NCBI GenBank assembly: GCA_965112735.1
Contig: OZ218958.1
Location: forward strand, 3,286,001 to 3,350,000
DNA from: Phaeosaccion multiseriatum
Taxonomy: Eukaryota > Protista > Ochrophyta, other classes
DNA: 64,000 nucleotides
Reading direction: 5' to 3'
Below the pieces are notes generated by a model. That model saw nothing but the letters and a program-made list of their open reading frames with translations. It had not been told where the DNA came from and made no database searches. Both the position numbers and the translations under genes were made by a program. Shown in pieces: positions 17,526-28,435 of this stretch (its first letter is position 1; each line of letters starts with the position of its first letter).

Positions 17526-20500
17526 ATGGCGCCTGCTGCTGCTGTGCTGGCCACACTCGCAGCGGCGGTGACGGTGCTCCCTGGTACCGAAGCTTTGCTT
17601 TGCCAGCCCGCTCCGAGATCGGCCGCAGCGCTGGGTGCGATCCAGGGCAGAGGCGGCAGCAGCGCCAGCAGGAGCCGCGGCAGTAGCCACCGGTGCAGCC
17701 TGGGTGGCAGTAGCAGCAGCAGTGCGGGCGAGTGGGCGGCCAATGTGAACAGAAGGAGCGGCGGTGGTGGTGGCAGCAGCAGGAACACCAGGAGAAAAGC
17801 GGCGCTCACGACGGGGAGGGGAGCCGCAGTGGCAGGCGGCACGGCAGCGTGGGGACTGTACGAGTCGCAGCTCGCGAGGAGGAGAACGATGGCAGCCTCC
17901 ACGGCGGCCTGCATCACCACCATGTGCATGTCGGGTAGCAGTGAGGGAGAGGACGGAGGGCCTAGGTGGGGGAAGAGGGCTCGAGTTATGCACGCGCTCT
18001 CCAGTGTGAGGTGAGTGAGAAGGAGGACGGGGCAGAATCGCGAGGATACGAGGATAAGAGAGCAGGCTTGCAAATTTTGTGGAATGAAGGCGTGTGCTTT
18101 TCCTGACCAGAAAACGCCCACGCTCGCCCACCCCTCCCTGCTGCTGGAAACCACCCCTGTCCTCACTCAATGACACCCCTCAGGAAAGCCGTCCAGCGCC
18201 GCGCCATTAAAGCGGCTCTACTGGCGGGCACCATTGGCTTCTCGCTACTAAACACCCGAGGCGGCGGGGTGGCCCATGCTGGAGCCCCTCTACCGGACGC
18301 CGACAGCCTCATGAAGAATCTTCCCTCTTCCCGCACTGTGGTCACGGGAGAGGAAATCTTGCGGCAGAGGCTGGCGGACGCGGAAGCGAGAGAGGCGCAG
18401 GAGGAGAGTGGGGCGGCGGTGGAGACGGCCTCTGCGAGCGGCAAGAGGGGGGGCAGAAGGGGCAAGGGCAAGGGCAGGGCGGCGGTGGAGGTGCCTGATG
18501 TGAACATGGAGGGCATGTCGCCGGAGCTGCGGGCAATGCTGCAGGAGCAGCTGGACGTGCTGGAGATGTATAGAGACAGAGCAGAGGGAGGCGTCATGCC
18601 CGGAGAAGAAGAAGGAGGAGCAAGGGGGGCAGAATCGATGGGCGCCGAGGAAGAGACGATGGACTTTGAGCAATTCGCGGCACAGTGGGAGGGAGAGGAA
18701 GATTGGGAGGGCGAAGAAGGAGAAGAAGAAGGAGGAGGAGGAGGAGGAGGGGGGCTGCTGGGGCGGTTGGGTGTATCGGAGGACGGCGTGAGGGAGATGG
18801 GAGAGAGGGCCTTGGACCTGGCCATGACCACGGGGCAGGGGGTGCGGCAAGTTGCCAGCAAGCCCTTGGTGCAGGGAGGAGTAGCGGTGGCGTGCGCGGG
18901 CGGGGGCGTGGCGTACTGGCTGTCGGGCAGGGAGGAGAGGCAAAAGATTGCCTACGAGACCAAGAGGCAGAGGGAGAAGGCCGCCCGAAGGGCAGCCAAG
19001 CCTGAGCGGGACCTGACCTTGAGCAAGCCACCCACCGACGACTTTGACTTCGGCGGCCTGCTGGGCGACGATGAGGAGGTCTCCTTCAAGCCTCCTCCGC
19101 CCCGCCCGGCCCCGGCACCAAAGGCAGCACCACCAGCGGCTGCCAAGAAGCCAGCACCAGCACCAGCACCCGCTGCCAAGAAAGCAGCAAAAGGAGCAGC
19201 AACAGCAACAGCAGCTGTAGCGGCAGTTAAGGCCCCCAAGGCCGATTCTGTGGACACCGCTGCTGCCACCGCCACCAAGAAGGCCCCCAAGGCAGCCCCC
19301 AAGGCGGCCCCTCCTGCTCCTGCTCCTGCTCCTGCCGCCCCCGCCCCCGTGATTGTGGCCAAGGCGGGCAACAATGAGGGAGGCGACAAGGCGGGGGGCA
19401 AGAAGAAGTTCAACCTCTTCCGCAAGGACAAGGGCCCTCAGCGCGCCACGGACGTGGCGGCTGCCATCGCCAGCACGGCGTCGGACTCCGAGTCGGTCTT
19501 TGTGGAGGGCGTGGCCCGAGCCCTTGCACGCTTTGCGCCCCCTGGGGCCGTGGACCAGCGTTTCGCTCCGACGGCGACGGAGATGAAGGAGGTGGAGGAG
19601 GAGGGGGCAGGCTTCGACGCCTTGGCGGGCCTGGGCAGGGCTGCGGACATGTCGGTGGTGCACATGGCCAATCAGGTAAGCAGAGGGGCAGTGCGCTGGG
19701 GGAGGAGGGGAGGACAGAGCAGGGGGGGCTCAGCTGTTTCAGGGGTTGTATGCTTGGAAGAAGGATGAAGGAAGGAAGGAAGGGAGGGAGGGGGATGGGG
19801 AGGGAGGGAAGGAAGGGAGGGAGGGAGGAAGGAAGGAAGGAAGGGAGGGAGGGAGGAAGGAAGGGAGGAAGGAAGGAAGACGGACAGGACGGGAGGAAGG
19901 AAGGGAGGGAGAAAGACAGGAAGGGAGGAAGGGAGGGCGGAAGAGAGGAAGTGAGGAAGGGAGGAAGGCAGGCAACAAAGGCGTTGCAGGCAGGGCAGAT
20001 CCCTCCCCCTCCTCCCTGACCCATGCAAGAAGTGACGTCCCCATCCTCCCATCTACCTCCACCATTCCTGCCCTACTCTCTCTTCTCTACATTCCTCTCC
20101 TCCCCTCTCCTCGCCTCTCCTCTCTTTTGCTCCCCTCTAACCTCCTCTCCTTTGCCCTCCTCCCATCCCCTCTCCTCTCCTCGTCTCCTCTCATCCCCTC
20201 TCCGCTCCTCTCCTCTCCTCCCCTCTACTCTACCCTCCTCTCCTCGCGTTTCCTACCGTCTCCCCCCCTCCCCTCCCCTCCCCTCTCCTTTCCTCTCCCC
20301 TCTGATCCCTTCCCCTCTCCTCTCCTCTCCTCCCCTCCCATCCCTTCCCCTCTCCTCTCTTCTCCTCTCCACTTTTCTCCTCCCTCACATCCTCTCCTCC
20401 CCTCCCCTCCCCTCCTCCCGCCTCTCCTCCCCTCCCCTCCCCTCCCCTCCCCTCCCCTCCCCTCCCCTCCCCTCTCCTTTCCTCTCCCCTCCCCTCCCTT

Positions 20501-22732
20501 CCCATCTCCTCTGCCCTCTTGTCCTCTCCTCTCCTCTCCTCCCTCTCCTCTCCGCTCTTCTCCCCTCTTCTCCGATCCTCTCCTCCCCTCCGCTCTTCTC
20601 TCCTCTCCTATCCTCTCCTCTCCTCCACTCCTCCCCTCTTCTCTCCTCCTCTCCTCCCCTCCCCTCCCCTCCCCTCCCATTACACCCCCTTACACCCCCT
20701 TACATCCTCCTCCCTCCCCTCCTCTCAGGTGGCCAATGTCGTGAACGCCATGGTGGTCGGCTTGGTGGATGACGCCCTCAACTCTCTCAGCACCAAGGAC
20801 GACGTTGCTTCAGTGAACAAGCTCAACGCTCTCATTGACTTCATGGACGGCTGCGGTGCTCTCTTCGCGCACCTCTGCCCAGCCATTGAGGTGAGGAAAA
20901 GGGGGGAGGGACAGTAGCAGCGGGAGAACGAAAAGGAGGGGAGGAAGACGAGGAAGAACGAAGTGATAGGCTCGAACACTGGTGGGCCGTGAAGTCGCCT
21001 CGCTGCTGCTGCTGCCTGCGCTCTTACCCCCCTTGGTATCTACATGTTTTGCCTGTTGTTCTAAGCCCCTGTTCATATCCCTGCGACCCGCCTTGTCCCA
21101 CCCACCTCGCCCCCATATGCCTCCAAGGTGGACCCTCCCATCCGTTACAACGGCAAGGGTCGCCAGGGCCGGCTCGAGGACTTGTACAAGTGCTACTCCA
21201 AGGAGGCGCTCATCCACTCGCTCAAGCCCACGCCTGAGGGAGGGGAGGACCAGGCCCCCACAGGAGCAACGTCGGAGAGGCTCGAGAGGTGAGGAGGGCT
21301 AGAGGCAGCAGCAGAGAGAGGCAGAAGGGAGGGACAGCAGAGAGTGGAGAAGACGGGACAAGGGCGCCCCACTTGCTTGTCTTTTCTCTTGCGTCCTTCT
21401 CTACCCATGTCCCGCCCTTCCCCTCTCCCCATTTCATCCCCTCCCCTCCCCGTCTCCCATCCTCTGCACATTCAGTTACCACCCTGTCCGTTCGGACACC
21501 AACCACTGTACCCCCGCTCCCCCTGTCGTCCTGACACTCACCACTCTATCGCCTGCCTCTCTCTCCTGTGTGCATGTCCTGACACCAATGACGGTATCCC
21601 CTGTCCTTGCATGTCTGCACCCCCCGTATGCACCAGACTGCGTGACCTGTTCAACATCAAGGAGGCGAAGAGCAACTCCATCTCGCAGAAGGTCATGATG
21701 GAGACGCTCACCAAGGCCATGAAGGAGGTACGTCATGTCACGTCACGCTTCTTCGTCCATCTGACGCAACAATCCTTACGTAATTCATAGCAAGGGTAGT
21801 CAATTGTGGTGCCCTGCCTTCGACTCCCTTCTCACCCCCCTCCCCCCTCTCCATCTCATCATCATCTGTGCACACCCTCCTCCCCCTCCTGTCCTTCCCC
21901 CTCCACCCCAGGGCCCCGAGGGCGAGAACGCGGAGCTGATGCAGAGCCTGATGGGCGCTATGGGAGGGGAAGGAGGCATGCCCGACATGGAGGCACTCAT
22001 GGGTGGCGCCCCGGGGGGTCCAGGTGCGTGCATCTCTACTTCAGAGTGCTTGATGTCAGGCTTGAAACCATTTGGTGCCTGCCGTGTGTGTCTGCCCTGC
22101 ACAGAGCAACAAAGCTCACCCACCCACCCACCCACCCACCCATTCACACACGCGCACACACACACACACGCACCCACAGGCGCCGGTGACATGGGAGACG
22201 TGCAGGCCCAGGTGGAGGTGTTCCGCAGGATGGTGGAAGACGACAACGTCACCAAGGCCGAGGTGGACGAAATGCGCAAGATGTACAAGGACGCAGGTAC
22301 GGACGGCAGCGGATGGTAGTGGATGGATGGCAGTGGGCGGATGGCCATATACGGACGGCAGTGGACGGATCGATGGCAGGAATTGGATGGACGAATGGCG
22401 GAATACGGACGGGAGGGGACGGGTTGATGGGCAGGGAATGGCAGAGGTGGGCTGGGCCCCTCTCAGTGCCGAGAGTACCTTTTGCGTGCTTGCTGTGCCC
22501 TCTCGTCTTTGGTCTCCCGTCTTTCCCTTGCCTTCCACCTCAGAGGCACCTCCTTACACGACTGCACCCCCCCCCCCCTTCCCGTGTTGCCCATCCACCG
22601 CCATCTGTAACTTCCCTCCCAGGCATGGACTTGGAGGAGATTGTAAGCGTGACGGAGGCGTCGAAGGACTCTCTTGACCCCGCCAGCAGAGAGGTCCTCG
22701 AGCTGCTCAAGAAGCTGCTCGCCAAGTACTGA
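17526..22732 (+). CDS. Hypothetical membrane protein, probably plastid-targeted, 8 exons
   Basis: Signal peptide (MAPAAAVLATLAAAVTVLPGTEA-LL) followed by an S/R/G-rich transit-like segment. Hydrophobic segments, an A/P/K linker and a helical C-terminal region. Exons approx. 17526-18010, 18185-19675, 20729-20890, 21128-21288, 21637-21727, 21912-22023, 22180-22295, 22623-22732 with GT-AG ends. Confidence 0.72.
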
Positions 22733-23085
22733 GGGACTGAGGGACTGAGGGACTGAGGGGGAGGGAGGGAGGGAGGGAGAGGATGGGCCGGTGCTGCTTG
22801 CCTCGGGCAGCTCAGCTCAGAGGGTGTCTCTACCACGCTGTCGCGGTTTGTGGGCTTGCGGAGTGTTTTTTTCTCTCCTCTCTCTCTCTCACTCGCTGAT
22901 GGTCGATGGAGCCATCGGCAGCTGGGCGGTTCTTGGCGTACCGCGGCGGCGCCACTAGAGTGCACAGACAGAGCTCTACAAGGCAAAGCGAGGCAAGGGG
23001 AGGCAAGGAGGGCGTCGGTTTGAAGTCTCTGAACGGGGCGGCGACTGCGTCTGTGTTCTGATGGAGCTTTGACGGCCGGACTGAC

Positions 23086-23125
<40 letters not shown>

Positions 23126-24585
23126 GTGGGGGCCCACAAAGAGACCCAAGTAGAAAAAATAAGGCACACAAGGAGGCCCAAGTAGAACAAGGGGAAGGGG
23201 GGAAGGGATTTACTCTCTTTTATCGTACACTGCAAAGGGGAGGGTTCGCAATAGTGGAGAGAAAAAGAGACTCGGAGTAGAAACAGCTCTTTCGCGTGCG
23301 TACGAGGAGCGCGACCGGGGAGGTGCGAAAGAGAGCAAAAAGGAACGAAGAGCGTCGTAGAGATTTATCGTGCTACAGGGACTTTATACAGTATATTTCT
23401 ATTACGGGCTCGCGTCTTCCTCCTACATCAATCCCTCGACTGTCGCGGGGGTGCCCATTGGCAGTGCACCCGCTGCTTCTTCTCCTCACAAGCGCCGCTC
23501 TCGTGCGACGAGCCCAAGAAGCTACAGCAGGGCAGAGGACAGAGACGGCAGCGACCGGGTGGTGCGTAGCAGTGCCACCACCACCAACTCCTCCAGGCTC
23601 TCCTCGGGCAAGCATCAGCAGCAGGGGGACGAGCAGGAGTTTGGTGGTCGTGGCACTGCTCTGCTACTGCCACAGGCGGCGGCGGCGGGCATGCGCTCTC
23701 CTCGGGCAAGCATCAGCAGCAGCAGCAGCAGCAGCAGCAGTAGCGTCGACACGAAGACCGCCTGCTGCAGCATATCTGGCATTGAAGTGGGGGGTACCAC
23801 TAGATCTAAGAGTCCCCAAAAAAGGATTTTTCCCTCGCAGGCGAGGATGAAACTGTGCACACCCATATTCCCGTGGATATACATCATTGACGTAGAGTGG
23901 CCAGCCCCGAAAATGATTATCCGAAAAACGTGACCCTCATTTCCTCTTGCGTACCATGCTAGTCTACTGAGAACATTGCTGAGAAGGGGGTCGTCGCCGG
24001 CCAATAGCATGTATCACGCTAGCACGCTAGCTGACGCCGGCGGTTAGCAGCTAGCAGCTAGCTAGCTCACACCGGCGGTGGCAGCTGATGGTTGGCCGGC
24101 CGGCCGGTTGGCTGGTAGCGGGTCGCACATTGACTGACGCCGGCGGTAGCTGGTAGCACATTGACTGACGCCGGCGGTAGCAGGTAGCAGGTAGCAGGCC
24201 GGCTCCTCAACGCAAGGGAGGAGGATTAGACGGACATGTAGATAATGTCGAGGAAGTAGGACGAGAGAAGAAAACTGCACAAAGAGTAGTACACACACAC
24301 CTCAGAACATACGCACATTCACAGGCACACACACTCACACACATACACAAGCAAGACACGCAAGCACAGCAGAGAGAGTAACCCACTAACCAACCTGCAC
24401 GAGGAAATGCCCGCATCTCTGGAAAGTACAATACATCATCTGTGCAGCTTAGGACCATTGTCTCAGCCATGGCCTCGTGGCAGGCTTCCACGCGCTGCCC
24501 ATGCCATTCCCTCCCCTGCTGCAGACCGTAGGTCCCCTCCATCCTCCATAGGCCTCCATCCCATGCAAACGCATAGCGTGTGCGT

Positions 24586-25306
24586 TCGGCCCCTGACATG
24601 CTTCTGAGGCGACCCTGCTTCCTGCTTCTGGGCTGGCCTCTCTCAGAAGCATGTCAGGGGCGGACCTGTAATCAGATAATCTTGTCCAGGGTCGACTCCC
24701 TCCCTCCCTCCCTCCCTCCCTCCCTCCCTCCCTCCCTCCCTCCCTCCCTCCCTCCCTCCCTCCCTCCCTCCCTCCCTCCCTCCCTCCCTCCCTCCCTCCC
24801 TCCCTCCCTCCCTCCCTCCCTCCCTCCCTCCCTCCCTCCCTCCCTCCCTCCCTCCCTCCCTCCCTCCCTCCCTCCCTCCCTCCCTCCCTCCCTCCCTCCC
24901 TCCCTCCCTCCCTCCCTCCCTCCCTCCCTCCCTCCCTCCCTCCCTCCCTCCCTCCCTCCCTCCCTCCCTCCCTCCCTCCCTCCCTCCCTCCCTCCCTCCC
25001 TCCCTCCCTCCCTCCCTCCCTCCCTCCCTCCCTCCCTCCCTCCCTCCCTCCCTCCCTCCCTCCCTCCCTCCCTCCCTCCCTCCCTCCCTCCCTCCCTCCC
25101 TCCCTCCCTCCCTCCCTCCCTCCCTCCCTCCCTCCCTCCCTCCCTCCCTCCCTCCCTCCCTCCCTCCCTCCCTCCCTCCCTCCCTCCCTCCCTCCACTCC
25201 CTCCCTCCCTCCCTCCCTCCCTCCTTGCTTCCTGTTTCTGGCCGGCGCCAGAGGGCCTGCTTCCTGCTTCTGGGCTGGCCTCTCTCAGAAGCATGTCAGG
25301 GGCCGA
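24586..25306. mobile_element. MITE-like element with 23-bp TIRs enclosing about 525 bp of (CCCT)n
   Basis: tcggcccctgacatgcttctgag (24586-24608) is the perfect reverse complement of 25284-25306. Flanked on both sides by gtgcgt (24580-24585, 25307-25312). An internal third TIR copy lies at 24642-24661. Confidence 0.6.
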
Positions 25307-25685
25307 GTGCGTGCGTGCGTTCACAGACCACCGAAGACCCAAAGCCATGAGGCACGACCTACATACTCCATTGGGAAGCAGAGCAAAGGGAGAAGAACAG
25401 CGCACAAGTTGTCTGATGAGCCACCCTATGTGTGGAGTCGCCAAAACACACACAGGATAAGCAACCAACAGATAAGGACCTTTATCTTTCCCAACTCTCC
25501 ACACACCACCAGCGACTGACCATACATAAAAACGGGGTGCCCCCCAAATGGCGACGTGAGTCCGGCTCCCGGTACGTGTGCAACTGAGACAAAATGGAGG
25601 CATTGTCCCCCACCGGAGGGTGTGCCTGTGTGCAAGCAACAAACGACGTTTGTACAAACACCCCTTTGGGCAAAAGAGATGCTGT

Positions 25686-25756
25686 TGAGCCTGCCGAGAA
25701 TCGAACTCGGATCAAACAGTTGGGAACCGTTTATTCTACCCTTGAACCACAAGCCC
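25686..25756 (-). tRNA. tRNA-Gly (CCC)
   Basis: GGGCTTG TG GTTC AAGGGTA GAAT A AACGG TTCCCAA CTGTT TGAT CCGAG TTCGATT CTCGG CAGGCTC A folds into a full cloverleaf with a 4-nt variable loop. A TTTT Pol III terminator lies about 10 nt downstream. Confidence 0.85.
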
Positions 25757-28001
25757 TCTCATCCTGATGCCCACGTAGTGGCCTCTTCACTAGTGACGAA
25801 ACTTCGGTATGTAAACGCCCAGAATTTCACTTCCACTTATGTCAACAAAGCCCCTCGCCCACAGCTCAATTTTTTGGGGGTTCTTTCCTTTTCTCTCCTT
25901 TCACATGTCTCTTCTGCCTCCCCCCTCCTCTCTTCCTCACTCTGGCTGCATTTCCGGAGCCCTGAAGCGCTGCTGCACTACCTGACTGCCTGCCTGACTC
26001 GCTGACTGCCGGACTGTCTGACTGCCTGACAGTCTGACTGACTGGCTGACTGACTGAGCGACACAGGCACAGCTCCCGCGGGCCTGCCCACCACCCGCGT
26101 CTCCTCTCTTCTTTCTACCTGAGCGTAGCGAAGGCGCCACTTTGTATCCTTTCGTATGCCTGCTTGTGCTGACTATTGCGCGCAAGGACCGCATACCGCC
26201 GCATCCTCCACCCTAGCGTAGAGTCATCCGTGCCGCCGCCCCCAAGTTCCAACACCCGTCTCCGCTGGGATTGGTCCACAGGACAAGAGTCAAGCGCCAT
26301 GTCATCCAGCCGCTGCACCTGCAGATGCGCGTCGTCCTACTCCTACAGCCTCAGCCTCAAGTCTTGCTTGACTACTCTCCTGAGCTGCCGACGCCACACC
26401 TGAGCAGAGCCATCAGCCAGCAGCAGCAGCAGCAGCAGGTGGCCATGCGCCTCCCCTCGCGTGATCGTCTGTCTGTGTCCATCTCCTCTGGGCCGGCCCG
26501 CTCCGCCTCCGTCCAGCTCGAGGAGTGCACATACCGTGTCTACTTGACTTGCGCGCCCAGTCGCGGCCAGAAGCTCAAGCAGCCAACCGCAGCTACGTCG
26601 GCGCTCCTTCGTCCGCGTAAACCGCTCCACAATCTTTATCATCGCCGCCCAGCCAGCCACAAGCACTGCAGCTTGAACACCTCGTTCGAGCGTCTTGCTT
26701 CTTGCTCCTTGCCTCTCTTGCTTGGAGTGGTGGACGATCTCGGTCGCTCGCCTGCATGAAGCGTCGCTCCCACTCGCATCTCCGGGGTTGCACTCATCGC
26801 ACTCGCTCAGTGCAACAAATCGGTGACCCTCCTCGCCTCGTTGCTGCTCTATCGTAGCAAAAACACAGAGAAAGAAGGAGGGCCGGACCCATATTCATCC
26901 GCCAAGGAAAGCAAGTCACAGCCAACCAGTGTGATGTGTGTCGCTTCACAGCCATGTCTGGAGAGGAGGTCTCGCAAAAAACTTCCGCCAGCTCATCTTG
27001 CAGCCAGCCATGCCGCCAGGTCAGGAGCCAGCCAAGTGCTGTCTGTAGTGCAAGCAACCCACCCGCCGCCGAGGCCGCGTCCCGTAGCCCACTCCGCATC
27101 CAGCCATGGCGTGCGTACACATCTCTCCTGCAAATGGCGCGGCGCCGCCACGTAGACCTGGAGGGCGAGCTGCTTATCCCAGCCAGTCCAGCTGGACAGC
27201 GCTTAGACAGCTCAATCCTGACATAAGGCAAGGCATGGGGATGCGCGATTTCGATGGGGCGGGCGGGGGCGTTACAGAATTGTACGTTTCATCTGCAGGC
27301 ATATGGGACATGGCGGAAGGTCGGGGCGGGGATGAGGGCAGAGGCTGAGGCGCTCTGTGGGGTCTTATACACTCCTACTCGCTGGTTCCCTGGCCGCGAG
27401 AGGTGCTGCACGGCGCTCCTGACGTTGGGGCAAGGCTCTGGCTTCCACGGGCGGGGCGGCAAAGCAAAGAGCTTCCCTGCTAAGGGGGATGTTGGGAGCA
27501 GCGAGGATTATCCAGCGAGGCACCAGAAGAGGTAAGCAATATACGTCTCAGGCTTCGTTGGTGTCTTTGTAAGCTAGGGTCGCGGAGTGGGCGTGCCCTG
27601 CGCCCGTGCGTGGACGGGGCCGGTATTCTTTTGATGCCAGACAGATGCGGGGAACGCCTTCCCCCGGTAGGGGGAGACTCCAGTGGGTACGGACTTTATC
27701 AACGGCACCCACTGAGGCTGTGTGTGGCCGTGGGGACATTTCTGAGGGCGTGTAGCGTATCGTGTCGCCTGTCGGAGGCCTCGCTCCTTTGGAGCTTTTG
27801 AGCTTTTGAGAGGGATGGCCTGCGTGGGGAGGCACCACTCAACCGCGCAAACACATCCTTCCTCCTCTCCCCCCCTCGCTCATTGTGTGCTGGAAAGCAG
27901 GGGACGAGCCACATTTTAAGCCGCCGCCGGCGTGGAGCCCTCTCAACTACGTACTTCTCTCCGAGGGAGGTCGGGTCAAACTCCCATGCAACTGGGGTGC
28001 G

Positions 28002-28435
28002 AGCTGACAACATCTCACGATGGGCTTGTACATGCAGCGAGAGGGGGCCATTACCTCGCTGCTGATGTGATTCCGGGTCCATGCGGTGCTTGTGGGCCTG
28101 GCTGAGTTGCATGGTCGAGCGTGCGATTATTCACGAGTGGGGAGGATTCCCAGGCACCTTCACGGGGGGGGGCGGAGCGTAAGGTGAGCGGGGCGCCGGG
28201 GTGTGGCGGGGCTGCTGCAGGGGTGGGAACTGAGGTGCTGGATCGTATGGACCGAGTGGTGGTTGGTGGTAAGTAAGTTGTAGCCTCATAAGGAGGGCTC
28301 TCCACCCAAGCTGACAACGTCTCACGATGGGGTTCTTGGTTTTTGTCCCAACTCCCTTGCTGCTGACACGATTCAAGCATCCATGCGGTGCTTGTGGGCC
28401 TGGGCTTGAGTTGCAGGGTCGAATGTGCGACTCAC
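28002..28435. repeat. Diverged direct repeat pair of about 130 bp
   Basis: agctgacaac.tctcacgatggg...ccatgcggtgcttgtgggcctgg...gagttgca.ggtcga occurs at about 28002-28134 and about 28309-28435. Confidence 0.7.

Noticed and set aside
23296-24010. Overlapping ORFs between the plastid-protein gene and the MITE
   Set aside because: Low complexity, no consistent splice model and no family signal.
24449-25657. Long ORFs such as (GGRE)n, (PPSL)n, and similarly (ACLP)n at 47814-48610 and (CV)n
   Set aside because: Stop-free translations of microsatellites.
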